Shown piece after piece: positions 28,403 to 39,072 of a DNA stretch of 64,000 nt. Source of the DNA: an uncultured Candidatus Saccharibacteria bacterium (GTDB lineage: Bacteria > Patescibacteriota > Minisyncoccia > Phycocordibacterales > UBA9973); contig CAYVDC010000008.1 in assembly GCA_964450735.1 (NCBI GenBank), forward strand, positions 647 through 64,646. The letters run 5' to 3'. The position numbers were made by a program, and so were the translations under genes. The notes under the pieces are model-generated. The model had not been told where the DNA came from, ran no database searches, and saw nothing but the letters and a program-made list of their open reading frames with translations. Numbering within the stretch: the first letter of the stretch is position 1; the number at the start of each line of letters is the position of its first letter.

Positions 28403-29734
28403 ATGGCAGAAAAAGAACAATCATTGATGGACAAGATCGAATCGCTCTGTAAGCGACGCGGCTTTATTTTTCAAGGCTCTGAACTCTATGGGGGACTTGC
28501 CGGTACCTGGGACTACGGTCCGTTGGGCGTGGCTCTCAAGAAAAACATAGAGCGTCTTTGGTGGAATCGATTCGTCGAATCCCGCGAGGATATGTTCGGC
28601 CTCGAATCCGCAATCCTCATGAACCCACGCGTGTGGGAAGCTTCCGGACACGTAGGCGGATTTTCTGACCCTCTCGTAGAATGTACAAAATGCCAGCATC
28701 GTTTCCGCGCAGACCAGCTTTCCGACAAAACGAAATGTCCAGATTGCGGGGGAGCGCTTGGTGCTGAACGACAATTCAATATGATGTTCGCAACTCAGAT
28801 CGGTGCTGTTGAGGATTCATCAGCAAAGGTTTATCTTCGCCCAGAAAATGCTCAAGGCATGTTCGTAAACTACAAAAATATTTTGGACTCCCTTCATCCA
28901 AAGCTTCCGTTTGGTATTGCACAGATCGGAAAGGCTTTCCGTAATGAAATCACACCGCGAGACTTTACGTTCCGAACTCGCGAATTCAATCTCATGGAAT
29001 TCGAATATTTCGTAAAGCCAGCAGATTGGGAAAAGCATTTTGAGTACTGGAAATATCAGATGATCGAATGGATTGAACAAATCGGCATTGATCCGTTCAA
29101 AGTTCATCAGCTCGAAGTCGCTCCCGAAGACCGCGCGCATTATTCAAAACGAACGACAGACTTTGAATTTGATTTTCCATTTGGACGAAAAGAATTATAT
29201 GGTCTCGCATGCCGTGGAGATTTTGACCTCAAGCAACACCAGGAACACTCAAGCGTAAATCTTGAATACTTGGATGAAGAAGCGGCAACTGATGCACCAG
29301 ATCGTAAATTCTTGCCATACTGCGTTGAGCCATCCTTTGGATTGGATCGCACTATTCTTGCAGTTCTTACCTCTGCATACAAGGAAGACCTTTCAAAGCC
29401 TGACGAAGTTCGTTCATACCTCGCTCTCAAGCCAGCAGTTGCACCAGTTATCTGCGCAGTCTCTCCGCTTCTCAAAAACAAGCCTGAACTCGTTGCTATG
29501 GCTCGCCGCGTCTACGATATTCTCAAGACTGAATTTGGCCGCGTAATGTGGGACGACAACGGTAATATCGGCAAACGCTATCGACGACAGGATGAAATCG
29601 GTACACCGTGGTGTATTGTTATCGACTTTGATTCTTTGACCAATGATGATGTAACTGTTCGCGATCGCGACAACGGATCTCAGGAACGAGTGATGATCGG
29701 GGATTTGGTGGCCAAGATTAAGGAACAACTCTAA
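28403..29734 (+). CDS. glyQS: glycyl-tRNA synthetase (dimeric class II, GlyQS type)
   Basis: N-terminus KRRGFIFQGSELYGGLAGTWDYGPLG, class II motifs. Confidence 0.85.
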   Translation: MAEKEQSLMDKIESLCKRRGFIFQGSELYGGLAGTWDYGPLGVALKKNIERLWWNRFVESREDMFGLESAILMNPRVWEASGHVGGFSDPLVECTKCQHRFRADQLSDKTKCPDCGGALGAERQFNMMFATQIGAVEDSSAKVYLRPENAQGMFVNYKNILDSLHPKLPFGIAQIGKAFRNEITPRDFTFRTREFNLMEFEYFVKPADWEKHFEYWKYQMIEWIEQIGIDPFKVHQLEVAPEDRAHYSKRTTDFEFDFPFGRKELYGLACRGDFDLKQHQEHSSVNLEYLDEEAATDAPDRKFLPYCVEPSFGLDRTILAVLTSAYKEDLSKPDEVRSYLALKPAVAPVICAVSPLLKNKPELVAMARRVYDILKTEFGRVMWDDNGNIGKRYRRQDEIGTPWCIVIDFDSLTNDDVTVRDRDNGSQERVMIGDLVAKIKEQL

Positions 29735-30277
29735 ATGAAAGAAATAGAAGTTAAAGCTTATCTTAAAGATAGAGAAGCTGTGACTAAAAAGCTACGGGAA
29801 TTAGGCTGCGTTTTGTCTGAACCAATCCGACAAATTGATAGTGTCTATTCAAAAACTTCGAGCACAACGAGCGACTACAATTCCGCTAACGAACACTTTC
29901 TGCGAATCCGCAAATCAAGCAACGGTAAAGTATTGTTTACCGTCAAAGAAAAGATGAAGCAGCATATGGCAAGCAAGGAATTCGAAACGGAAGTTAGAGA
30001 TGGGGAAGCGCTTGAGCAGGCTGTACTCTTAATGGGATACAGCGTTGCGAACGGCTTGGATAAAACTCGCACAACGGCGCATTACAAAGAGTATGAAATC
30101 TGTTTGGATGATGTCCAAGAACTCGGTTCGTTTATTGAAATTGAAAAGTTTTCAGAAGAAGATCCCGATTTGGTGGTGGAAGAATTATTCCAATTCCTTC
30201 TTACTCTTGGCGTTCAAAAAGAAGATCAGGTATTCAAAAAATACGACACACTTATTATGGAAAAAATGGGGAAGTAG
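29735..30277 (+). CDS. CYTH-domain protein (triphosphate tunnel metalloenzyme / class IV adenylyl cyclase-like)
   Basis: N-terminal EIEVKA (ExExK) motif; 180 aa; start adjacent to glyQS stop. Confidence 0.6.
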   Translation: MKEIEVKAYLKDREAVTKKLRELGCVLSEPIRQIDSVYSKTSSTTSDYNSANEHFLRIRKSSNGKVLFTVKEKMKQHMASKEFETEVRDGEALEQAVLLMGYSVANGLDKTRTTAHYKEYEICLDDVQELGSFIEIEKFSEEDPDLVVEELFQFLLTLGVQKEDQVFKKYDTLIMEKMGK

Positions 30278-30304
30278 TCCTCGTGATATAATGTAAATCA
30301 GTAT

Positions 30305-32089
30305 ATGAGTAGAGCAAATATAAGCAGTAAAGCAATTTCGCAGGTCTTGAAAGATTATGCTGAACAATATCGAATGTATCCGTGGATGACCATGGGCGGT
30401 ATTTTGCTGCCCGGAATCGGTTCAATCTTCGTGTTCTTCGTTCCTCCACTCATCATAGGCAAGATTGTAAACATGATCAGTGCCGGTTCGGATATATCAT
30501 TCTCAAAAGTAGGTATTTTGATAGCACTTTTTGGAATTTTGTGGTTTTTTGGTGAAGCTTGTTGGCGTGCAGGAATGTATTATCTCACCAAGCTAGAATC
30601 TCTTGCCCTGGTCAACCTTGCAAGGACTGCCTTCAGTCGTCTGATGGAACGTGACTATGATTTTTACGCCAATAATTTTGTGGGAACATTGACTAAGAGG
30701 GCGATCGCGTACTCAAAAAACTTTGAAGGTTTCACCGACACATTTAGCTTCAACGTTACGCCGAACATCCTGCCGATGATCTTTGCCCTTGTTATCCTCG
30801 CTCGGTATTCGATTTGGATTTCCGTGTTGCTGTTAGCTGCACTTATTTTTGTTGTTTTAGTGACTGTTCCGCTCATCAAGCGCCGTGCTCGACTGGTGGT
30901 AGAACGCCACAATGCTTCAAGTGCTTTGACAGGAAGGCTCTCCGATACGATTTCAAATATCCTTGCGGTCAAGTCTTTTGCTCGTGAAGAAGACGAAGGA
31001 AGAGAATATGACAAGCATGCTCTTCATTTTTCTAATACGTTTAAGGCAGCGGCTTACTTTCATATCTTTCGCATCGACCTAACACTTTCGCCTCTGTATG
31101 TACTAACCAACCTCGCCGGTCTAATGGTGGGAATTTACTTTACCATCACCTACAAGCTCGAGCCTGGCGCACTCGTAGTTATTTTCTCGTATTTTGGAAA
31201 AGTAACTCAGTCATTCTGGCAGATCAACAGTATTTACCGCAACATGGAAAATACAATTACAGAAGCGGCAGAATTCACGGAACTTACTATAGACCCTCCG
31301 ACAGTAAAAGATGTTCGCGGTGCAAAAATTCTCAAGGCAACAACAGGAGAGATTCAATTCAATGCAGTTGATTTTTCTTACATCGAGCAGGGTGCTCCGT
31401 TCTTCAATGACTTCAATTTGGTAATACCGGCAGGGCAGCGTGTGGGACTTGTTGGTCCCTCGGGCGGCGGCAAAACTACTATTACAAAACTCTTGATGCG
31501 ATTCTTGAATATCCAACAAGGCTCAATCATGATCGATGACCAAGATATTTCCAGAATGAAACAGACTTCGGTTCGAAACGCTATCTCGTATGTTCCGCAA
31601 GAACCATTACTTTTGCATCGCAGCCTGCTCGAAAATATTTCGTACGGCAATCCAAAAGCTAGCATGGACGAGGTGATCGAAGCTGCCAAGAAAGCTCACG
31701 CTCATGAATTCATTGAAACCTTGCCGCAAGGATATGATACTTTGGTGGGCGAGCGCGGCGTTAAACTCTCAGGCGGTCAGCGACAGCGGGTCGCCATCGC
31801 GCGAGCCATGCTCAAAAACGCCCCGATTCTCGTGCTTGATGAGGCAACTTCGGCGCTCGACTCTGAATCAGAAAAGTATATCCAGGAGAGCTTGTGGAAA
31901 CTGATGGAAGACAAAACTGCGCTGGTGATCGCGCACCGACTTTCAACTATTAAACATCTTGATAGGATTATTGTCTTGGATAATGGAAAGATCGTTCAGG
32001 ATGGAACGCATGATGAATTGATCCACGATGTGAATGGAATGTATGCAAGATTATGGAGCCATCAGTCGGGAGGGTTTATTGAAGAATAA
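30305..32089 (+). CDS. ABC exporter, fused TMD-NBD (MsbA-like)
   Basis: 6 N-terminal TM helices; Walker A GPSGGGKTT, LSGGQRQRVAIARA signature, Walker B ILVLDEATSALD. Confidence 0.85.
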   Translation: MSRANISSKAISQVLKDYAEQYRMYPWMTMGGILLPGIGSIFVFFVPPLIIGKIVNMISAGSDISFSKVGILIALFGILWFFGEACWRAGMYYLTKLESLALVNLARTAFSRLMERDYDFYANNFVGTLTKRAIAYSKNFEGFTDTFSFNVTPNILPMIFALVILARYSIWISVLLLAALIFVVLVTVPLIKRRARLVVERHNASSALTGRLSDTISNILAVKSFAREEDEGREYDKHALHFSNTFKAAAYFHIFRIDLTLSPLYVLTNLAGLMVGIYFTITYKLEPGALVVIFSYFGKVTQSFWQINSIYRNMENTITEAAEFTELTIDPPTVKDVRGAKILKATTGEIQFNAVDFSYIEQGAPFFNDFNLVIPAGQRVGLVGPSGGGKTTITKLLMRFLNIQQGSIMIDDQDISRMKQTSVRNAISYVPQEPLLLHRSLLENISYGNPKASMDEVIEAAKKAHAHEFIETLPQGYDTLVGERGVKLSGGQRQRVAIARAMLKNAPILVLDEATSALDSESEKYIQESLWKLMEDKTALVIAHRLSTIKHLDRIIVLDNGKIVQDGTHDELIHDVNGMYARLWSHQSGGFIEE

Positions 32090-32104
32090 TGTATAATTAG
32101 CACT

Positions 32105-35100
32105 ATGGAAGGCCTACCTAAAAACAGCTCAGGAACATCGAATGAGAGGAAGTCAGATACCCAATCGTTTTCAGACAAATTAAAAGAAAAATCAAAATCG
32201 GTTTTTTCTTCAATAGGTAAAGCGGGGCGCAGGACATTCCTGGCTGGGGCACTTGCTACGACTGCGCTAACTACTGTCGCTCAGGTAAAAGTTGCGCCTA
32301 AAGAAAATCCTACTGAACAGATGAGTCTTGCAGAACTCAAGGAATTGGCACAAACAGATCCTTTCACTGTTCTGAAAGCCGTAGAAACATTAGATTCGCT
32401 TGAACAAAAAGAAGTCCTTCCAATCATGGAAGAAGCACTCCTCGTGAATGAACCAAGCGCTCTTTTGTATTTCTTTTCAGAGAACAAAAATTATCCTGAT
32501 ATATATGATGCAGACATGGTCAACCGAGCATTTGAAGCATCGGTAGCCAAAATACAAAAGGGTGACAAGGATGAAGAATGCGTAAGAATTTTAGTTAATG
32601 CGGGCTTGCTGGCAGACAACCCTAATGGAGATGACATCTTCAAGGCTGCCCTGAAAAACGTATCGCCAGCAGTAATCATAGATGAAGAATATCGTTCAGC
32701 GTATTTGAAATACCCGCATGCAGCAGAATTGGTGAAACCATATGTAAAGAAAGCCATTGAAGGACTTGTACAGAAGGGACATTGGGACGCTATCGGTCCA
32801 TCTCTAAAAAGTTTTATAGATGAACCGTGGGCAGAGCCAATACTCAAAGAATGGAATAAAAACAATATGGGCGTCACTTCTTTTTATGGCGATGTGCTTA
32901 TGTCAAAACCGTTTGGGCAGGAAATAGTAGTCGATGCACTCAAAAAAGATCCAATTTCTGTTCAAAGTTTGAGTATATCGCAAGACAAGATGTCGCCGGC
33001 CCTCGAGAGTCAGGTCATTGAGGCACTTCAGTATTCGTTAGAAGACGAGAACTTTGAAAAACTAAATTCCTATGCCTTTATTGACCAAGGTCGTGTTTTT
33101 CGTGCTGTTCCTGGAGGAGATACTTTGTATAAAAAGTTGGCATCAAAGCTTGCGACATACCTACCATCGCTTGTTTTGGATAATATTGTTGATTCAAAAT
33201 TTGACTGGCTTGGAGAAGAAACAAAAAAAGAACTGTTACAGATGGCAGCTGAATCTGCTGATGCAAGGTATGTTTTCAAACATGCGCAGTTGTTCTCAGC
33301 TGAGCCGTATGGAAGAAAAGTCATTGAAAAAGCGGCACAGGAAACTCCAGGCGAGGTTATTAATCATGCTACTCAGCTTATACCAAGGGAGGCATACGTC
33401 GACATAATCCGCGATGCGGTAAATCTCGTAGTAGTAAGTGATCCTGATCGAATTTTATATAACCCGATTGTGATTGACCTTATTGCTGTAGATAGAAAAG
33501 AGCACGATGTATTGCTAGAAAAAGTTGTCAGAGCAACAGCTGAGCATTCAGGTGGGGAGCATACTATTGTGTCGCAATATAAGGAATTCGCAGAAAAACC
33601 ATACGCAAAAGAAATCCTCGAGTCGGCTCTCTTGCAAATGCCGCAGGCAGTTGTCAGCGCAACAGGGAAAGTAAAAGGGGAAATGGAATCTAGCCAAAAC
33701 CCTTACATACAAAAACTCTTTTCTCTTTCAAACGATCCTTATATCGCTGAAGAGTCGGAATACTTTACCAGAAATGCTATTTATTCAGCGCTGCAATACA
33801 TTACTGAAAAAGATGTTACGGTAGACGCGTCTTTTGCAGAACCAGCCAACCTGTTCCGCGCGTATATGTATACAAAGAAATCATCCAACCCGATCGGGTT
33901 GAATGGCGTGGAAAAGAACCTGCGTTTGACTTCAAATTCCTTGATTCAAAAAATTAACCGCATGCATGACGAACCTGATTCAGTTCGATTTGCATCAGTG
34001 TCCGAGTATGACCCAGAAATATTGTACACGCTGGCAACATACGGAGAGCAAGAAGCTTTTACTTCCACATTCAACGGGCTTTTCAACAGAACGATCGACG
34101 GCCTGAAGAAAGAACAAAAAAACGGATATACATTTCTCGAAGAGATGTCGTTTATGCAAGCCCGCACTTTTATACGGGAATGTGCTTCATATAATCGTCT
34201 TGATGAATTCCTGAACACAATGGCTAAAGAGGACCAGAGAAAACTCCTCGAATGGTTTATTTCCGGAATCAATAGCGACAAAGAAGTTCTTACCGAGGGT
34301 GTGGTAATTGCAGACGTTATTTCTTCAGTCGAGGACAAGAGTATTCTCGATGTTTTTGGAGCTACCATACAAAAGAAATATGCAGAGGGAGTCGCTTCAA
34401 AAAACCGCTCAATCGAAGTGGCATATGGATTGCTTGGCACATTGTATGCGCAGCAAACAGGGAATACTGACGCACAATTTGGAACCGAAGGACATATATA
34501 CCATATTGAACAGCTCGGAGAACTTTCCAAGGATTCCTTGTTTGGCCCCAACAAGACAAGTATTCATCGATACTATTTTTACAATGACTCAGACGGTCAA
34601 GGATCGTTCCAAAGTTTTACAAGCCAGTACGCGCACGATCCAAGCTGGAATTTTGAAGACAAAGGTGAGTATGTGGTAGTGTCTTCGGTAGCAGGAGAAA
34701 AAATAAAAATTTTTGCCAATAAGCCATTTGCTGAGAATGGAAATGAGATCGACTCGATTCTGGGCTCAAAGAATACGCCGATCAATGTCATTGTGCATCG
34801 AGGACACAGCTTCCACGCTGAGAAAACAGTTGCTGAAATACCAAGCACCGCAGCTCTCGTTTCTCTCGGTTCTTGCGGCGGATATCGTTTGCTCGACGGA
34901 GTGCTCAATCACTCGCCGAGTGCGCATGTAATTTCAACCAAAGGAACCGGAACAATGAAAGTGAATGACCCGATCCTGAAAGCAATCAATGAAGAAATTC
35001 GCGCAGGACATTCGATTAAATGGGCTGAGCTATGGACGAAATTTGAAGCGACACTAGGGGATAATCCTAACTTCAAAAATTACGTTCCCCCTAATAAAAA

Positions 35101-35155
35101 TTTAGGTTTGATGTTCATGAGTGCGTACAGAAATTTGATTAAAGAGAAAAATTAA
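32105..35155 (+). CDS. large (1016 aa) hypothetical protein with twin-arginine-like signal peptide and alpha-helical repeat body
   Basis: GRRTFLAGALATTALTTVAQV resembles Tat signal (RRxFL + h-region); recurring ..PY..E(I/V)(L/I).. helical repeats; distinct C-terminal about 170-aa domain (HRGHSFH..GSCGGYRLLDG). Confidence 0.5.
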   Translation: MEGLPKNSSGTSNERKSDTQSFSDKLKEKSKSVFSSIGKAGRRTFLAGALATTALTTVAQVKVAPKENPTEQMSLAELKELAQTDPFTVLKAVETLDSLEQKEVLPIMEEALLVNEPSALLYFFSENKNYPDIYDADMVNRAFEASVAKIQKGDKDEECVRILVNAGLLADNPNGDDIFKAALKNVSPAVIIDEEYRSAYLKYPHAAELVKPYVKKAIEGLVQKGHWDAIGPSLKSFIDEPWAEPILKEWNKNNMGVTSFYGDVLMSKPFGQEIVVDALKKDPISVQSLSISQDKMSPALESQVIEALQYSLEDENFEKLNSYAFIDQGRVFRAVPGGDTLYKKLASKLATYLPSLVLDNIVDSKFDWLGEETKKELLQMAAESADARYVFKHAQLFSAEPYGRKVIEKAAQETPGEVINHATQLIPREAYVDIIRDAVNLVVVSDPDRILYNPIVIDLIAVDRKEHDVLLEKVVRATAEHSGGEHTIVSQYKEFAEKPYAKEILESALLQMPQAVVSATGKVKGEMESSQNPYIQKLFSLSNDPYIAEESEYFTRNAIYSALQYITEKDVTVDASFAEPANLFRAYMYTKKSSNPIGLNGVEKNLRLTSNSLIQKINRMHDEPDSVRFASVSEYDPEILYTLATYGEQEAFTSTFNGLFNRTIDGLKKEQKNGYTFLEEMSFMQARTFIRECASYNRLDEFLNTMAKEDQRKLLEWFISGINSDKEVLTEGVVIADVISSVEDKSILDVFGATIQKKYAEGVASKNRSIEVAYGLLGTLYAQQTGNTDAQFGTEGHIYHIEQLGELSKDSLFGPNKTSIHRYYFYNDSDGQGSFQSFTSQYAHDPSWNFEDKGEYVVVSSVAGEKIKIFANKPFAENGNEIDSILGSKNTPINVIVHRGHSFHAEKTVAEIPSTAALVSLGSCGGYRLLDGVLNHSPSAHVISTKGTGTMKVNDPILKAINEEIRAGHSIKWAELWTKFEATLGDNPNFKNYVPPNKNLGLMFMSAYRNLIKEKN

Positions 35156-35157
35156 GT

Positions 35158-35190
35158 CACAAAACCCGCCTGAGGCGGGTTTTGTGCTAT
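35158..35190 (+). terminator. rho-independent terminator (AAAACCCGCC..GGCGGGTTTT)
   Basis: 10-bp perfect stem after stop of large ORF. Confidence 0.6.
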
Positions 35191-35202
35191 ACTTTTTCCC
35201 AT

Positions 35203-36471
35203 ATGAATTACACCCGAACCAAGCTTAAAAACGGCCTTCGTGTCATTACCGTTCCTATGAAGGACAACCCCACCGTTACCGTCCTGGTGCTCGTAGAAAC
35301 AGGCTCAAAATACGAAAATAAGAAGAATAACGGCTTATCTCATTTCCTTGAGCATATGTGCTTTAAAGGCACCACAAAGCGTTTAAACGCCCATGCAATC
35401 TCTGCTGAGCTGGATGGATTGGGAAGCCAATATAACGCGTTTACAGCCCAGGAATACACTGGCTATTACGCAAAAAGCGACGCAAAGCACTTCAAACAGA
35501 TTTTTGACGTTGTTTCAGATATTTATCTCAATTCAACATTCCCAGAAGCAGAAATGGAAAAGGAAAAGGGCGTAATCGTGGAAGAGATCAACATGTACGA
35601 AGACATGCCGCACCGACATGTGCAGGATTTGTTCATGTCACTTCTCTACGGAGATCAGCCAGCTGGATGGAATATTGCGGGAACTCGTGAAAATGTCCGC
35701 GCCATGACTCGCAAAGATTTTGTGAATTATAAAGCAGAACACTATGTGCCAAAAGCAACGGTGGTTGTTGTTGCTGGAAAAGTAAAGGAAGCAGAAGTAG
35801 AAAAAGAAATTGCCCGAGTATTTGGAACGCTCAAGAATGACAAGAAGAATACAAAACTGAAAGTCATTGAAAAACAGACAAAGCCACAGGCGTTGGTTCA
35901 ATACAAAAAAACTGACCAGACGCACTTTGTTCTTGGTGTTCGCACATTCGACATGTACAACAAGACTAACCCTGTCCTTACTGTCCTCTCAACTATTCTC
36001 GCAGGAGGAATGAGCTCACGATTGTTTATCAAGCTTCGCGAAGAAATGGGTGTGGCATATTATGTCCGTTCATACAACGAACCATTTACTGACCATGGTT
36101 TCTTGGAAATTTCAGCAGGAGTTTCGAACAACCGCGTCAAAGAAGTAATGACGGAAATTCTCAAGGAATGCAAAAAACTCACGACTGAATTGGTTACTGA
36201 TGTTGAACTTTCGAAAGTGAAAGAATATCTTGCCGGAAATCAGAAATTGGAACTTGAATCATCTGATGCATGGGCTTCATACTACGGCGGACAAGAAGTT
36301 ATGCGAAAGAAAATCAAGAGCCCGGAAGAGGGGGAGGCTGGTATCCGCAAAGTAACTGCAAAACAGGTCCGCGACATGGCTCAGAAAATATTTGTCGACA
36401 AGCATCTTAACTTTGCCGCCATCGGTCCATTTGAGGACAAGAAGGAATTTGAAGCAATTTTAAAATTTTAA
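35203..36471 (+). CDS. M16-family zinc peptidase (insulinase/pitrilysin-like)
   Basis: inverted zincin motif GLSHFLEHMCFKGT (HxxEH); about 420 aa. Confidence 0.75.
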   Translation: MNYTRTKLKNGLRVITVPMKDNPTVTVLVLVETGSKYENKKNNGLSHFLEHMCFKGTTKRLNAHAISAELDGLGSQYNAFTAQEYTGYYAKSDAKHFKQIFDVVSDIYLNSTFPEAEMEKEKGVIVEEINMYEDMPHRHVQDLFMSLLYGDQPAGWNIAGTRENVRAMTRKDFVNYKAEHYVPKATVVVVAGKVKEAEVEKEIARVFGTLKNDKKNTKLKVIEKQTKPQALVQYKKTDQTHFVLGVRTFDMYNKTNPVLTVLSTILAGGMSSRLFIKLREEMGVAYYVRSYNEPFTDHGFLEISAGVSNNRVKEVMTEILKECKKLTTELVTDVELSKVKEYLAGNQKLELESSDAWASYYGGQEVMRKKIKSPEEGEAGIRKVTAKQVRDMAQKIFVDKHLNFAAIGPFEDKKEFEAILKF

Positions 36472-36505
36472 ATTTCTCTTATACTAGGGTATACTCAAAA
36501 TAGTC

Positions 36506-37576
36506 ATGCCCGAAGAAACCAAGCAATACATAGTTAAAATAGAGACTCGAACGATTCTGAACATTGTTTTGATAGGGCTTCTTTTGCTTGGGTTGTATTA
36601 CCTGCATGATATTGTGCTCGTAATCCTCACCTCTATAGTGCTTGCATCATTTAATGAGTCTGTCGTTCGTAAGCTTGCTCGCTACCGTATTCCGCGAACT
36701 CTATCGGTTGTGATCGTATATATTGTTTCATTTGCAGCAATCTTTGGGCTCTTTTATATCTTTGCCCCAATCCTTCTTGCAGAAATTTCTTCGATTGTTA
36801 CGTCGCTTGCTGATTACATTCCACAATCAAGTGCTCTTCAAGTTTTTCAGCCAGCGAGCATCAGCGGAACTCAACAGGTCATCACAACCGTATCAGGATC
36901 GACTTCATCGCTTGCTGATGTTGTGCGAAGCGTCCAATCATTGGTAAGTGGTTCATCGGGAGGATTCGTCCAAGGAATCACGCTTCTTTTTGGCGGAGTA
37001 TTGAACGTTATTCTTATTGCTGTAATTACATTTTATCTTTCTGTTCAAGACCATGGTATCGAGTCATTTTTGCGCATTGTCACTCCGCTCAAACATGAAG
37101 AGTACATCGTTGGTCTCTGGAAGCGCTCAGAACGCAAGATCGGACTTTGGATGCAAGGACAGCTCCTTCTTGGGGTTATCGTTGGCGTCATTATCTATCT
37201 TGGCCTAGCACTTCTTGGTGTAAAATACGCACTCGTTATTTCTCTCTTAACCGCGACTCTGGAACTTATCCCGTTTGGAATCATTCTTGCCGGCATGATC
37301 GGTTGTCTCTTCGCGTATAGTTCCGGCGGTATCGGTATGTCAGTAAAAGTATTTTTCCTTTACACTATCGTGCAGCAATTTGAAAACTATTTGATTGCTC
37401 CGCTTATCGTAAACAAAGTGATAGGCATTTCGCCGCTCGTCGTCATCCTGTCGCTTTTGATTGGTGCACAGTTGGCTGGCCTCTGGGGATTGCTCCTCGG
37501 TATACCAGTTGCCGTTTGTCTGCTAGAATACTTTTCTGACATCGAAAAAGGTAAAAGTCTTACAACATCATCATGA
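36506..37576 (+). CDS. AI-2E (PerM/UPF0118) family membrane transporter
   Basis: characteristic 8-TM layout, 356 aa. Confidence 0.55.
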   Translation: MPEETKQYIVKIETRTILNIVLIGLLLLGLYYLHDIVLVILTSIVLASFNESVVRKLARYRIPRTLSVVIVYIVSFAAIFGLFYIFAPILLAEISSIVTSLADYIPQSSALQVFQPASISGTQQVITTVSGSTSSLADVVRSVQSLVSGSSGGFVQGITLLFGGVLNVILIAVITFYLSVQDHGIESFLRIVTPLKHEEYIVGLWKRSERKIGLWMQGQLLLGVIVGVIIYLGLALLGVKYALVISLLTATLELIPFGIILAGMIGCLFAYSSGGIGMSVKVFFLYTIVQQFENYLIAPLIVNKVIGISPLVVILSLLIGAQLAGLWGLLLGIPVAVCLLEYFSDIEKGKSLTTSS

Positions 37577-39009
37577 AACCATTTTATATAACAACAACAT
37601 TGCCATACGTTAACGCTGACCCGCACGTTGGGTTCGCTATGGAACTTATCCGTGCAGATGTGATTGCTCGGGCAAAAAAACTCGAAGGCTACGAGGTATT
37701 TTTCAATACCGGTACTGATGAGCACGGTTCAAAATTATACAAAGCTGCAGAAAAGGAGGGGATTTCAACCAAAGACTATGTAGATGGCTACGCATCAAGG
37801 TTCCGCGGATTGGCGGAGCTTCTAGGAATTAGCTCTGATGTTCACTTCATCCGAACAACTGACGCACACCATGAGTCAGCTGCACAGGAATTCTGGAAGC
37901 GATGCGAACAAAACGGCTATATCTACAAAAAAACATACCAGATCAAATACTGTATCGGCTGTGAGCTTGAAAAAACAGATTCAGAATTAGTGGATGGAAA
38001 GTGTCCGATTCATCCAACCTATGAAATCGAACTGATCGATGAAGAAAATTACTTCTTCAAATTTTCAGCATTTCAGCAACCACTCTTGGATTTTTATTCT
38101 AAGAATCCTACGTTTGTCATTCCAGATTTTCGCTTCAATGAAATCCGCGCGTTTGTCGAGCGAGGGCTCGAAGACTTTTCAATCTCACGATTGAAGTCAA
38201 AGATGCCATGGGGGATTGCAGTACCTGGAGATGACTCACAGGTTATGTACGTTTGGTTTGATGCGCTTGTGAACTATATCTCAACGCTTGGCTGGCCAGA
38301 AAATGAAGAGCAGTTCAATACATTCTGGAAAGACGGCATGCCAACACAGTACTGCGGCAAGGACAATCTCCGCCAGCAGTCAGCAATGTGGCAGGCAATG
38401 CTGATGGCTGCAAAAGTCCCAAATTCAAAGCAGATTGTAATCAATGGATTCTTTACCGGAGAAGGTGGTATGAAGATGTCCAAGTCTATTGGCAATGTCA
38501 TTGATCCATATACTGTCGTTGAGCAGTTCGGTTTAGACGCACTTCGATACTACGTCGTTGCAGAGGTCTCGATGTTCGAAGACAGTCCAGTATCGATGGA
38601 TCTCATAAAGGCTTCATACAACGCAAAGCTTGCAAATGGCCTCGGCAACCTGACATCTCGCATAATGAAGATGGCGACGACGAACCTTGAGAGCGCTCCC
38701 GATCTGCAAGAAAAACAAATTCCAGCAGAATACTTCAATCACTTGAATAATTTTGAAATTAATAAAGCAGTACAGATGATTTGGACTGAAATCACTGCCC
38801 TTGATACATTGATTCAGGAAACTCAGCCGTTTAAATTGGTAAAGACTGACGCCGAAGCAGGGAAGAAGATATTCCGAGAATTGGTAACTCGATTGTATGG
38901 CATCGCAGTAATGCTCGAGCCAATACTTCCAGAAACAGCAAAAACCATCCAGGCTTTGGTAAAAGAAAACAAAATGCCCGACGCTCCGCTCTATATGAGA
39001 AAGGATTAA
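37573..39009 (+). CDS. metG: methionyl-tRNA synthetase (core form without C-terminal tRNA-binding domain)
   Basis: LPYVNADPHVGF (HIGH-type), KMSKSIGNVIDP; Cys knuckles CIGC..CPIH. Confidence 0.85.
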   Translation: MKPFYITTTLPYVNADPHVGFAMELIRADVIARAKKLEGYEVFFNTGTDEHGSKLYKAAEKEGISTKDYVDGYASRFRGLAELLGISSDVHFIRTTDAHHESAAQEFWKRCEQNGYIYKKTYQIKYCIGCELEKTDSELVDGKCPIHPTYEIELIDEENYFFKFSAFQQPLLDFYSKNPTFVIPDFRFNEIRAFVERGLEDFSISRLKSKMPWGIAVPGDDSQVMYVWFDALVNYISTLGWPENEEQFNTFWKDGMPTQYCGKDNLRQQSAMWQAMLMAAKVPNSKQIVINGFFTGEGGMKMSKSIGNVIDPYTVVEQFGLDALRYYVVAEVSMFEDSPVSMDLIKASYNAKLANGLGNLTSRIMKMATTNLESAPDLQEKQIPAEYFNHLNNFEINKAVQMIWTEITALDTLIQETQPFKLVKTDAEAGKKIFRELVTRLYGIAVMLEPILPETAKTIQALVKENKMPDAPLYMRKD

Positions 39010-39012
39010 GCA

Positions 39013-39052
39013 AGAAAAAATCCCGTCCTTGGTAAGGGGCGGGATTTTGTAT
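39013..39052. terminator. bidirectional hairpin terminator between metG and convergent kinase-CYTH gene
   Basis: AAAATCCCG..CGGGATTTT with A-run upstream and T-run downstream. Confidence 0.55.
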
Positions 39053-39072
39053 TTACAATAATCTTGTTGTGT

